Assembly: GCA_003250235.1 (NCBI GenBank)
Contig: QKGY01000088.1
Span: forward strand, 1 to 49,618
Length of the DNA: 49,618 bases
From: Desulfuromonadaceae bacterium
Lineage (GTDB): Bacteria; Desulfobacterota; Desulfuromonadia; Desulfuromonadales; SZUA-540
Reading direction: 5' to 3'
The notes below the pieces were generated by a model. That model did no database searches, had not been told where the DNA came from, and worked only from the letters and a program-made list of their open reading frames with translations. This document shows, piece after piece, positions 37,898-47,078 of this stretch; within the stretch, counting starts at the first letter, position 1; the number at the start of each line of letters is the position of its first letter. The translations under genes were made by a program, and so were the position numbers.

Positions 37898-37999
37898 GGG
37901 TATTGTCATTCACTACAACTGATGTCTGCTGGCGCACAAAGCGCCAGCTGTGGCAGTGGCAATTCCGAGTATCGTCCGTTGCGAAACGGCCTGTACCCG

Positions 38000-38218
38000 T
38001 TATTTCTCGCGATACGTGATGCGTCCGCGCGTCAGATCGTAGGGAGAGAGTTCTACGGTAACGCGGTCTCCCGGAAGAATGCGAATGTAAAATTTGCGCA
38101 TCTTCCCAGAAATATGCGCCAGGACAATATGCCCGTTATCAAGCTTGACACGAAACATTGCATTCGGGAGAGGCTCGATTACCGAACCCTCAACTTCAAT
38201 CGCTTCTTCCTTTGCCAA
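38000..38218 (-). CDS. infA: translation initiation factor IF-1
   Basis: [11 protein letters not shown]...LPNAMFRV...HISGKMR...[12 protein letters not shown]. Confidence 0.98.
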   Translation of the reverse strand: MAKEEAIEVEGSVIEPLPNAMFRVKLDNGHIVLAHISGKMRKFYIRILPGDRVTVELSPYDLTRGRITYREK

Positions 38219-38355
38219 AACGGCCTCCGTACAAAATAGTCATTGATTAAAAAAAACGGAAAATCCGGCTTATTTAACATAAGTATAGCCAAGCTTGTCA
38301 ACCCCCATCACGTAACCGCCGTCTATGGGGGCGCCTCAGCGACTGCCGTGTTTCA

Positions 38356-38736
38356 CTACGCAGTCAGATTGAGAAGACGCTTGGCGCATTCTATGATCTT
38401 GTTCGTCTGAATCGGCTTGGTGATGTACTCATTGGCCCCAAGAGCCAGAGCTCTTTCGCGGTCTTCGTGAGCGCCCTCTGTCGTGATGATAACAATCGGG
38501 ACCGCCTTGTAATGCGGATCATTTCGTACGAGACTGACCAGTTTGAGACCATCCATAATGGGCATGTTGATATCGGTAAAGATAAGATCAAATACCTCTC
38601 CGGACAGCTTTTTCAGTCCGTCGACGCCATCGCTGGCCTCGACAATTGAGAGCCCCCGCAAACGCTTGAGAGCAAAAACGATCAATTGACGCATCGTTGG
38701 TGAGTCTTCAACGACAAGGACCTTATATGTGGACAT
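38356..38736 (-). CDS. cheY: single-domain response regulator, CheY-like
   Basis: VVEDS, TDINMP, TT, TKP. Confidence 0.88.
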   Translation of the reverse strand: MSTYKVLVVEDSPTMRQLIVFALKRLRGLSIVEASDGVDGLKKLSGEVFDLIFTDINMPIMDGLKLVSLVRNDPHYKAVPIVIITTEGAHEDRERALALGANEYITKPIQTNKIIECAKRLLNLTA

Positions 38737-38754
38737 GGAACCCTCCCAGAAAAA

Positions 38755-39585
38755 TTATTTGGTCAGCAGATCCAAAAACCCCTGAATGGTCGAAAGCTTA
38801 CGCTCCGACTCCGAATACAGCTTAGAAGAAAAAATAGCGGTAGCCGCATGGCCGGCCAACAGGGTAAACAATTCATAATCCACATCGGCGAATCGCTTTT
38901 TCTGAACCAGCAATTTATAAATAGCAATGACCCCGATGACATGCTCCTTGATTTTCAGAGGGATACACACGATGGGATGATGAAAATCCCTCGTGTAATG
39001 TTCCATGTCTTCAATAAAATAATTTTCTCCGGTTTTGGCCATCTGCCCGATAATTCCCTCGCCGATGGAGATCAGCGGGAGTTCTTCCTTGGTGACGCCC
39101 TCAGAGGCGACGGCCTGCAGTTTGTTGCTCTTCTCATCCAGCAGCAGGACAGAGAATTCCTCGGCCCCAATGAGATTGATGACAATCTCCATGATGATCT
39201 GCAGGACTTCTTTGAAATCGAGGGTGGAGTGAAGCTGATAGGAGGCGATATAGAGATTGGCGAGGTTGTTGTTTTCCGTTTCAATTTCGACATAGCGGTT
39301 GGCGAAATTATGGTTTTCCGCTTCAATCTGCTGAATGCGGTCCAGAATCTCTACTTTCTCGGCCTCAAGCTCCTCAACCCGTTTGCGGAGCTTTTTATAT
39401 TCTTCATCCCCCACCGCATGAGGTGAGGCATTGTGCTTGTTCGCCTCCTCAATTTGAAGGATCTGATAACGCAAGCGTTCATTTTCCCGGAGAAGTTCCT
39501 GGGTGAACTCGGCCCCCTTCTTAAAAACCTGGAGGAATTCTTCCGCCCTCTTCACGGTCCCTTTATCGTCATAGGTTTCGCTCAT
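38755..39585 (-). CDS. coiled-coil + GAF domain protein of the Che cluster
   Basis: Heptad-rich N-half, then LHSTLDFKEVL, IGEGIIG, CIPLK, ELFTLLAGHAA. Confidence 0.85.
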   Translation of the reverse strand: MSETYDDKGTVKRAEEFLQVFKKGAEFTQELLRENERLRYQILQIEEANKHNASPHAVGDEEYKKLRKRVEELEAEKVEILDRIQQIEAENHNFANRYVEIETENNNLANLYIASYQLHSTLDFKEVLQIIMEIVINLIGAEEFSVLLLDEKSNKLQAVASEGVTKEELPLISIGEGIIGQMAKTGENYFIEDMEHYTRDFHHPIVCIPLKIKEHVIGVIAIYKLLVQKKRFADVDYELFTLLAGHAATAIFSSKLYSESERKLSTIQGFLDLLTK

Positions 39586-39663
39586 TCCAAACTCCTGGGT
39601 AAAATTCTTTGTAACGGTTGCGGCCAATCCTACCAGTCCCCCGTTAAAATTACCAGTATTTCC

Positions 39664-40731
39664 TTAATACCCGCAACGCCTTAAAATTTCAGTACATAGC
39701 TTGGGAAGAGGGACTATTTTATCGACCATTCCGGTAGCAATGGCTTCTTTGGGCATCCCGAAGACAACGCTGCTCTCTTCAGCTTCCGCCAGGACCTGCG
39801 CCCCCTGGTTTTTGGCGGCAATCACTCCCCGGGCGCCATCATTTCCCATCCCTGTCAAAACAACGGCAAGAAGATTTTTCCCGAACATTTTCCCCGCTGA
39901 CTCAAACAGCGCGTCGACACCCGGCACATACCGTTGACCGGCATCAGGCTCAACCACATGGGCAACGATCTGATCCCCGTCACGCTGAAAACGCAGGTTT
40001 TTGCCTCCGGGGGCAAGAAGCACCCGCCCGGGCGCCATGATGTCGCCGGTCTGGGCTTCCTTGATTTCCAAAGCACAGAAATTGTTCAATCGGTCCGCAA
40101 ACGCTTTGGTAAAACCTGGAGGCATATGCTGGGCAATGGCGAATCCGACAGGAATGGGCTCCTTGATTCCGGATAAAATGGTTTGGAGAGCCGGCGGTCC
40201 ACCTGTCGATGCCCCGATGACCACCTGTGTAATACCGTCCCTTTGAGCGTAAGTCTTTTTTCGAAGCGCCGAAGGTGTAGCATTTTTTGAGCGTTGAAGG
40301 TCAGCAACGGGACGCTTCAGGATCTTGTTCATATCCGTGCGAGCGATTTCACGAACTTTTCGATGAAGGTCTTCCCGGATATTGATCAACTCAGGGGACA
40401 CCTTCGGGGTCGGTTTGGCAACAAACTCGACGGCACCGAGTTCGAGGGCTTTGAACACATTCTCATCTTCCGACCGCGCCGAGACAACGATGACGGGAGT
40501 GGGCTGGTTCTGCATGACAATCCGCAAAAAGGCGAAACCGTCCATTCTGGGCATTTCCAAATCGAGCGTAATCAGGTCCGGTTTGAGATCAAAAACTTTG
40601 CGTAGCCCCTCTTCCCCATTACAGGCATACGAGACAACTTCGACACCCGGGATATCTTCAAGAATCTTGGTGATCGTTCTGCGGTTATAGGCGGAGTCGT
40701 CAACAACAAGCACGCGAACCAGAGTATTCAT
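39664..40731 (-). CDS. cheB: chemotaxis methylesterase/response regulator CheB
   Basis: Receiver LDLEMP plus GASTGGP, QHMP, LTGMGNDG. Confidence 0.96.
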   Translation of the reverse strand: MNTLVRVLVVDDSAYNRRTITKILEDIPGVEVVSYACNGEEGLRKVFDLKPDLITLDLEMPRMDGFAFLRIVMQNQPTPVIVVSARSEDENVFKALELGAVEFVAKPTPKVSPELINIREDLHRKVREIARTDMNKILKRPVADLQRSKNATPSALRKKTYAQRDGITQVVIGASTGGPPALQTILSGIKEPIPVGFAIAQHMPPGFTKAFADRLNNFCALEIKEAQTGDIMAPGRVLLAPGGKNLRFQRDGDQIVAHVVEPDAGQRYVPGVDALFESAGKMFGKNLLAVVLTGMGNDGARGVIAAKNQGAQVLAEAEESSVVFGMPKEAIATGMVDKIVPLPKLCTEILRRCGY

Positions 40732-41588
40732 CCAGCGCCTCCGTCAAAAGCGTTGAGGGGGGGGCGCTGGTAAACCATATCGTGCGTATAATGACGGAGC
40801 GTAAAGGCGTTGGAGATATTCATGAGCGACTCCGAGTGCCCTAGTAAAAGGAAGCCTCCGGAACGCAATCGCTGATAAAAACTCTCCACGACCTTTTTTT
40901 TGGCTGCGAGGTCGAAATAGATGATCACATTTCGGCAGAAGATAATATCCATCTTCCCCAGAAGGGAAACCCGGGGGTTGTCGAAGAGGTTCAGATGGCT
41001 GATGGTCACGAGGAATTTACCCTCAACCGGGCTGAAAAAACGTTTCTGGTATTCCTGGGGTGTCGTTCGGAACGATGATGCGCCATAGACGCCCTTTCGA
41101 GCAACCTGCAGCACTCGCTGGCTGATATCCGTGCCGATGATATCAATATGGAAGTCGGACAACAGGGGGTTCTCCATCAGAAGCATGGCGATGGTATAGG
41201 GTTCTTCTCCGGAAGAACATCCCGCACTCCAGATTCTCAGCCTTTTGTCCCCGTCTTTTTCTTTGGTATGGATGATCTCAGGGATGATTTCCTCGGTCAG
41301 GGTTCTCAGTTGAAAATCCTCCCGAAAAAAATACGTCTCGTTGGTGGTCAGAATGTCGATGAGTTCTGTGAGTTCCTGGTCCTTGTCCTTGTTATAACGC
41401 AGGAAATAATAGTAGTCCTTGAAAGAGTTCAGTCGAAGATGCTGAAGCCTCCTTCCAAGTCTCTTCTCCAGGAGATATTTGGAATCCTCCATGAAATTCA
41501 GGCCGCAGTACTGATACACAAAGTCCCGGATCAAACGGAACTCTTCGGCCGACATGGGAATTTCAGGAGTAAAGAACAACATGGACAT
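40728..41588 (-). CDS. cheR: chemotaxis methyltransferase CheR
   Basis: TTNETYFFRE, WSAGCSSGEEPY, GTDIS, IFCRNVIIYF, LGHSE. Confidence 0.95.
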   Translation of the reverse strand: MSMLFFTPEIPMSAEEFRLIRDFVYQYCGLNFMEDSKYLLEKRLGRRLQHLRLNSFKDYYYFLRYNKDKDQELTELIDILTTNETYFFREDFQLRTLTEEIIPEIIHTKEKDGDKRLRIWSAGCSSGEEPYTIAMLLMENPLLSDFHIDIIGTDISQRVLQVARKGVYGASSFRTTPQEYQKRFFSPVEGKFLVTISHLNLFDNPRVSLLGKMDIIFCRNVIIYFDLAAKKKVVESFYQRLRSGGFLLLGHSESLMNISNAFTLRHYTHDMVYQRPPLNAFDGGAG

Positions 41589-41595
41589 GCTATGC

Positions 41596-43614
41596 CTACC
41601 CCGCTTTGAGACTCTGAATCACGTCATGGAGAAGGGCTCGGACCAGATCGTCATCTTCGTCTGCAAGCTGACGCTCCAACACAGGAAGACACTTTTCCCC
41701 TTCGAAGTCGGAGAGAATTCTGGCTACCGTCATACGGACTTCGTAATTCGGATGTTTCACGAGCCGGGATTGGGCCTCCTCATTCAGCCAGTCGACCCTC
41801 CCCGACGCGGCCAATATCTGCAGAGAGGCGTTGACGACCTCTCCGTCTGGATGACCCAGCGCTTCGACGAGAAGAGGATACGCCTCCGAAATGTTCTCAG
41901 CCGCCAAGGCCTCCAAGGCAGCAATGGCAACAAGACCGACAGGATCTTTGAGGGCAACACGGAGCATGTTGGCCGTCTGGGCGCCCGAGAGCTGACCGGC
42001 AGCCCTGACAGCAGCAACCCGCACCCAGAGATCTTCATCCTGAAGCGCAAGCTGTAAAGGCTGAAGAATGTCTTCTCCCCTTCTCCCGCCCAGGATTTCA
42101 ATAGCCAGGCGCCTCACCTCGGCATCTTCGTCGGTCAGAGCCAGTCGGAGATTATCCAGAACTTTTGAACCGGGGATTTCTCCCAAGGCTTTCACAGCGC
42201 TCTGACGCACCATGGCCGACTCGTCCTTCAGGGCAAAAAGGATGGGGGCTTCACTTTCGGACCGATCTATGCGTCCGAGAATATTGACAGCGTACATGCG
42301 CTGCTGAGGATCTTCATCGGAAAGCAGCGCTTTTAATGCCGATAAGATCGTTGCCGGATGTTGCCTCCCCAGCAGACACAAGGCCTCCATGGCACTGGCG
42401 CGCACTTCCTGGGAAGAATCGCGGAGCCGTTCTATAAGAGGCGGTATGGCCTTTTCGTCGCCGAGATGCCCCAGAGAATGTGCACAGACGGATCGCAACG
42501 CCACATCATCAGAACAAAGGCCCTCCAGAAGTAAGGGAAAACTTTCGGGGCACCGCGTCGTTCCGAATACGTACGCCAGATAGGGTTTCTGATACGCTTC
42601 GGTTTGACGCCAGAGGGGTAACAGCGCCAGAGACGCTTCTTTGCCCATTCCGATCAACACCCCCGCCGCCTCTTCGCGTAACTCTTCGCTGGCGAAAAGC
42701 GGCAGGATACGATCGACGAACCGGACATCTTTAAGAAGACCAAGGAGACGCAAAGAGGCTCGCCGGATTTTCGCCTGACTGTTTTCAAGCTGATCGGCCA
42801 AGTGCTCGCCAACCCGAAGATCTTTAGCGTCGGCCAGATAACGGGATACGTCCTCGGGGAACATACGTGAGATCTGTTCAAGAGCCATGACGGCAGCCTG
42901 TCTCACATTCGCCATCGTGTCACCGAGTCCCCGAACGAGTTCGGGAACGGCTTCAACACCCCCGACTCGACCCAGACAGTCAAAAAGCGCCTTTCGCAAT
43001 AAAGGCTCATTTTTGAACACCAGGAGCTCCTGAACGGGAACATGAGACCCGATCTGACCAAGGGCTTGAAGGATCGTAAACCGGAAAAGCAGGTCCGCCG
43101 TTTCCATATTTTTCAAAAGGGGGGGAACAGCGTCAGGGGCTCCGATTTTCCCAAGATTTTCCGCAGCAGCGGCTCTAACATTGCTGTCTACGTCAGAGAG
43201 AGCCTGTACCATGTATTTGAGGCTGGTGGAATCACCTATTTCGCCGAGGATATCCAAGACAAACTTGCGTACATCATGGTCCTGACAAGTGAGTTCTGAA
43301 ATCAGAAACGGAAGGGCTTTTTTCCCGAGGCGGGTCAGCGTTTCGACTGCGGCATTCCGCAAGCCTGCATTGTCCTGGGAGTGCAGCAAAGAAATAATTT
43401 CCGGGATATGATCGCCAAGATCCTTTTGCGCAAGAAAAAGTTCTGTAGCTTCCTTTCTTACCCGCCAGCTCGAATCCCCCATCGCCTGGTAAAGCAGGGG
43501 GAATTTTTCCGAGTTCACAAGCGGTGCAAGCTGTCTTAGCCCCTGTAATCGCTGCTCTTCAAGGGGGGATTGGAGCAGTTTTGCTACATCCGCAGTTGTT
43601 TCCAAGGCAGTCAC
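41596..43614 (-). CDS. HEAT/PBS-lyase repeat protein
   Basis: Many L-x-D-x-x-x-x-VR-x-x-A-x-x-x-LG repeats over 672 aa. Confidence 0.9.
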   Translation of the reverse strand: MTALETTADVAKLLQSPLEEQRLQGLRQLAPLVNSEKFPLLYQAMGDSSWRVRKEATELFLAQKDLGDHIPEIISLLHSQDNAGLRNAAVETLTRLGKKALPFLISELTCQDHDVRKFVLDILGEIGDSTSLKYMVQALSDVDSNVRAAAAENLGKIGAPDAVPPLLKNMETADLLFRFTILQALGQIGSHVPVQELLVFKNEPLLRKALFDCLGRVGGVEAVPELVRGLGDTMANVRQAAVMALEQISRMFPEDVSRYLADAKDLRVGEHLADQLENSQAKIRRASLRLLGLLKDVRFVDRILPLFASEELREEAAGVLIGMGKEASLALLPLWRQTEAYQKPYLAYVFGTTRCPESFPLLLEGLCSDDVALRSVCAHSLGHLGDEKAIPPLIERLRDSSQEVRASAMEALCLLGRQHPATILSALKALLSDEDPQQRMYAVNILGRIDRSESEAPILFALKDESAMVRQSAVKALGEIPGSKVLDNLRLALTDEDAEVRRLAIEILGGRRGEDILQPLQLALQDEDLWVRVAAVRAAGQLSGAQTANMLRVALKDPVGLVAIAALEALAAENISEAYPLLVEALGHPDGEVVNASLQILAASGRVDWLNEEAQSRLVKHPNYEVRMTVARILSDFEGEKCLPVLERQLADEDDDLVRALLHDVIQSLKAG

Positions 43615-43624
43615 CCTGATTCCT

Positions 43625-44536
43625 TTAAGACTGGAGTTCTTTTTTACGGCTCTCGATCAGGGACGAAAACGCCTGGTGCAGGAAATCCTGTCCGTGTAAT
43701 TCCCGCCCCTGAAAACGATCGGCAAACAATCGCTTACCCTCTTCGATTTCCGGAGCCAGGATCTCAAAAAACTTCCCCGTGCGGATGCCGTCGTCGACTT
43801 TTTTCTGATTGTACAAGGCGATATCGGAAACAATGATCCGGGCCAGACGCTTGGCCTTTTCCTCATCGTCGCCTGAAATACCGCCATCTTCCAACTTATG
43901 AATTTTACTTTTTATTTTTTCTATGGTTGATGTTCTGGTCCCGTCGGAAGAGTCTCCATCCCGCTCATCCGCTGAATCGGCTCCGGGAGCGAACAGGGGT
44001 GTTGTTCCGGAAACCAGGTTTTTGACCTTATCAACAAGATCACCCGGTATATGGTGTTTCTCGATATAGTCATCAGCCCCATATAAGGAAGCGGGTGTCC
44101 GTTTATAGGCCGTCTTGTTATAAACCGAAGAGATCAGGATGATCTTTACACTTCCCAACCCGGGCTTATTTCTGATTTTTTCAACAGCCTCAAAAGCATA
44201 GAGCCCTGGCAGGGCCACATCCATCAGGGCGACATGCGGGGGCGCCTTTTCCATAAGACTCAGGGCCTGGGTCCCCTCTGAGCATACCTCGCAGACGATA
44301 CCGGCTTCACCAAGCAGGGTCTTCACCGTCGTGCACATCTGCGGATCGCTGTGAGCCACCAGGACCCTAATCGGCTGGACGACCTCCAGCTCAACAGCCA
44401 ATGCCTCAGGCACAGGGACATCGATGCGAAAGGTCTTGCGGCATCGTGCACATTTAAGGGTAAGACGTTTTCCACTGCGACTGCGATTGACGTCTAGACG
44501 GAAACGCGCCGAGCACTCGGGGCATTCAACAATCAT
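43625..44536 (-). CDS. Zn-ribbon (MJ0042-type) + receiver + uncharacterised C-terminal domain protein
   Basis: CPEC...CARC; VLVAHSD, LMDVALP, GADDYIEK; AKRLARIIVSDIALYN. Confidence 0.85.
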   Translation of the reverse strand: MIVECPECSARFRLDVNRSRSGKRLTLKCARCRKTFRIDVPVPEALAVELEVVQPIRVLVAHSDPQMCTTVKTLLGEAGIVCEVCSEGTQALSLMEKAPPHVALMDVALPGLYAFEAVEKIRNKPGLGSVKIILISSVYNKTAYKRTPASLYGADDYIEKHHIPGDLVDKVKNLVSGTTPLFAPGADSADERDGDSSDGTRTSTIEKIKSKIHKLEDGGISGDDEEKAKRLARIIVSDIALYNQKKVDDGIRTGKFFEILAPEIEEGKRLFADRFQGRELHGQDFLHQAFSSLIESRKKELQS

Positions 44537-44595
44537 TGAAACCTCATACGATCAACGTGGAACTTAAGACGAAAGATCCGATTGTATACACCGAA

Positions 44596-45135
44596 TCAGA
44601 TCGGGTCCTCAATGTATTCTTCGGTTTGCATGGGGATTTTCTGAAGATCGATGGACTCTCCGGAAGAAAGCACCTTCTCCAGGTCAAGAATCATCAGGAG
44701 GTCATCGTCGTAGCGACAGACGCCGAGAAAAAATTCCGTCCCCTTCCCTTTTAAAAAATGAGGAGCAGGATAGACCTCTTTTCTGGAGTATCGTCGGACT
44801 TCCGTCACATCATCCACCTGGAGGCCGATAATCTTTCCGGAAAAGGCACAAATCAGAATTCGTTCCTTTTTCTGTCTGGAAACAACTTTCTGACTGAACC
44901 TCTTACGCAAGTCGAGAACGGGAATAACCGCTCCTCGAAGGTTAAACACACCCTCGACGAAAGGCGGAGCATTGGGAATCGGCGTAAGTTTCTGAGGGCG
45001 GATGATTTCCTTGATACGCCGAATATCGATGGCGTACATCTCTTCCCCAACGCGGAAACACGCCAGTTGGATTTCCTGAAGCCCTTTTTCCGTCTCTACA
45101 GGATCTGCGGTCTTGCGAAGATAGTGCTGGGTCAT
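44596..45135 (-). CDS. cheW: CheW
   Basis: FRVGEEMYAIDI, EII, PIPNAP, GVFNLRGAVIPVLDLR. Confidence 0.93.
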   Translation of the reverse strand: MTQHYLRKTADPVETEKGLQEIQLACFRVGEEMYAIDIRRIKEIIRPQKLTPIPNAPPFVEGVFNLRGAVIPVLDLRKRFSQKVVSRQKKERILICAFSGKIIGLQVDDVTEVRRYSRKEVYPAPHFLKGKGTEFFLGVCRYDDDLLMILDLEKVLSSGESIDLQKIPMQTEEYIEDPI

Positions 45136-45503
45136 TTAGAAAGAAACCTTTGAATGGTTTCAATGACCATCACGGATTTAAATGGTTTGGTAATATACCA
45201 GTCCGCCCCGACTTTCTCCCCCTTGGCCATGTCTTCCCGGCTTTTCTTGGCAGTCAGCATGATTACCGGGATATGTTTGGTCTCGGGGTTTTCCTTGATC
45301 CTCCGGCAGACCTCGAACCCGTCAATCTGCGGCAACATAATATCCAGAAGAACCAGATCCGCAGGGTCCTCTGCAAGAGAATCGAGAGCGGCCTGCCCGT
45401 TGGTGACTCCTGTCACGTCATACCCCTTGGAGGTAAGCAGAATACTTTCGAGTTTAAGCAAACTCTCCTCATCCTCAACGATCAAGATCTTCTTCTTGGA
45501 CAC
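45132..45503 (-). CDS. single-domain response regulator
   Basis: IVEDE, LDIMLP, LTA, TKPF; GTG start after AAGGAG. Confidence 0.88.
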   Translation of the reverse strand: MSKKKILIVEDEESLLKLESILLTSKGYDVTGVTNGQAALDSLAEDPADLVLLDIMLPQIDGFEVCRRIKENPETKHIPVIMLTAKKSREDMAKGEKVGADWYITKPFKSVMVIETIQRFLSK

Positions 45504-45519
45504 TTGGCCGCTCCTTTCA

Positions 45520-46251
45520 TCAGACGCGTTCCGCATCGAGAACATTTCCCAAATTTAATAAAATAATCATGCGATCCTGAAATCGACCAACCCCTTTAAC
45601 CAGTTCTTTGTCGAGACCAGTAAGAATAGCGGGTGCGGGCTCAATCTTTTTCACAGGCATCTTGACAACCTGATTGATTCCATCAACAAAAAGGCCCGCC
45701 ATACGGTCGGAGCCCTGACATATTATAATACGGGAACTCGGTGAAACTTCAACCTTGCCCAGTTTCAAACGTTTTCGGAGATCGAAAATCGGCACCACAA
45801 TGCCACGCAAGGAGATAATGCCCAAAATAAAATCGGGAACACGCGGAATCTCCTCGATATCCCGCCACTTTATTATCTCGCTGATACTTTCAATGTCTAG
45901 TGCATATTCTTCATTCCCCAAAGAGAAGGTAAGCCACTGCTGGATGTCCTGCACATCTTCTTCATTTACGGCCACCAGCCCCTGGGCATAAGCTTCCTCC
46001 GTTGCAAAGTCGATCTCAGGACAATAGTTGAAGAGAGCCTCCAAAGGATCGTCGCTGGGAGGTTGAGGAAGGACCGTTGGCAGTTTCTGAGGGGATGACT
46101 GCACCACGGGCACGCCCTGGACAGATGACGAGGTCGGTTTACCGTTATTGCGGACGTCTTTGGTCGCAGGAGTACTTCTGGCCGTCGCTCCTTTATCTAC
46201 CAAGCCATCCTTCTGGGCTTTCGCTTTTTTTCTGATATCCGCCAAATCCAT
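45520..46251 (-). CDS. cheW: CheW with N-terminal low-complexity extension
   Basis: FSLGNEEYALDI, IPRVP, GIISLRG after an ~100-aa extension starting MDLADIRKKA. Confidence 0.92.
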   Translation of the reverse strand: MDLADIRKKAKAQKDGLVDKGATARSTPATKDVRNNGKPTSSSVQGVPVVQSSPQKLPTVLPQPPSDDPLEALFNYCPEIDFATEEAYAQGLVAVNEEDVQDIQQWLTFSLGNEEYALDIESISEIIKWRDIEEIPRVPDFILGIISLRGIVVPIFDLRKRLKLGKVEVSPSSRIIICQGSDRMAGLFVDGINQVVKMPVKKIEPAPAILTGLDKELVKGVGRFQDRMIILLNLGNVLDAERV

Positions 46252-46271
46252 GATGCTCAGTCCGTTTCGTT

Positions 46272-47078
46272 CTAGCCGAGAAAATCGAGTTCAGCCACAA
46301 TAGATTGAAGGATGGCTGGGCCGACAAACCTTACTTCACGCCCGAACCCCTCTAAAAGAGCCAGCGAAGCGATCTGGTTGATTTTTCTCGGGATCCCAGA
46401 TGAATACTGATGGATCAACTCGACAGCTTCGTCTGAAAAAATGCCCGGTTCTCCCCCCGCGGTGGCAATGCGATGGTTAAGATATTCACGCGTATCCTCA
46501 AAACCGAGGGGGCGCAGATCATATTGCATTCCGATCCGCTGTCTCAGTGGCTCGAAAGCTCTGTGAGCCAGACGTTTCCGGAGTTCCGGTTGTCCCATAA
46601 GGATGATGCTCATCAGGTTACGATCGTCCAGCTGAAAATTGGTCAACAGACGAATTTCGTCAAACGTTTCCTTATGGGGAACAAGTTGTGCTTCATCGAT
46701 CACCAGAACGGGGCATACCCCTTCCTGGTAAAGGGTGAAAAGCGCGGTACCGATCTCTTCAAGAAGATCGGTCTTAAAACGCGATGGATCGGCGATATCC
46801 AAACGCAAAGCCAGGGAACGGAGAAACTCCATCGGCGTCAACCGCGGGTTGATGAACAGGATAACGCGATAACCTTCTCCAAGCTCATCCATCAACGCCC
46901 GTGACAGGGTAGTCTTTCCGCAGCCGATCTCTCCGGTCAGAAGCACCATATCCCGCTCTTCAACGGCATAGATCAAACGGGTAAGCGCTTCGCGATGCAT
47001 CCGGCTGAGATACAAAAACTTCGGATCCGGAGTCTTGCTGAACGGACGTTCCGTGAATCCGTAAAAATCCTCATACAT
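46272..47078 (-). CDS. ExeA/GspA-like AAA ATPase
   Basis: MYEDFYGFTERPF, GEIGCGKT, IDEAQ, GQPEL, QRI, GIPRKIN. Confidence 0.9.
   Translation of the reverse strand: MYEDFYGFTERPFSKTPDPKFLYLSRMHREALTRLIYAVEERDMVLLTGEIGCGKTTLSRALMDELGEGYRVILFINPRLTPMEFLRSLALRLDIADPSRFKTDLLEEIGTALFTLYQEGVCPVLVIDEAQLVPHKETFDEIRLLTNFQLDDRNLMSIILMGQPELRKRLAHRAFEPLRQRIGMQYDLRPLGFEDTREYLNHRIATAGGEPGIFSDEAVELIHQYSSGIPRKINQIASLALLEGFGREVRFVGPAILQSIVAELDFLG

Noticed and set aside
37838-37999. T-box riboswitch for leuS
   Set aside because: No T-box consensus or stem I motifs are visible.
35264-38239. 432-aa and 540-aa plus-strand ORFs
   Set aside because: Antisense shadows of leuS and infA; no domain signal.
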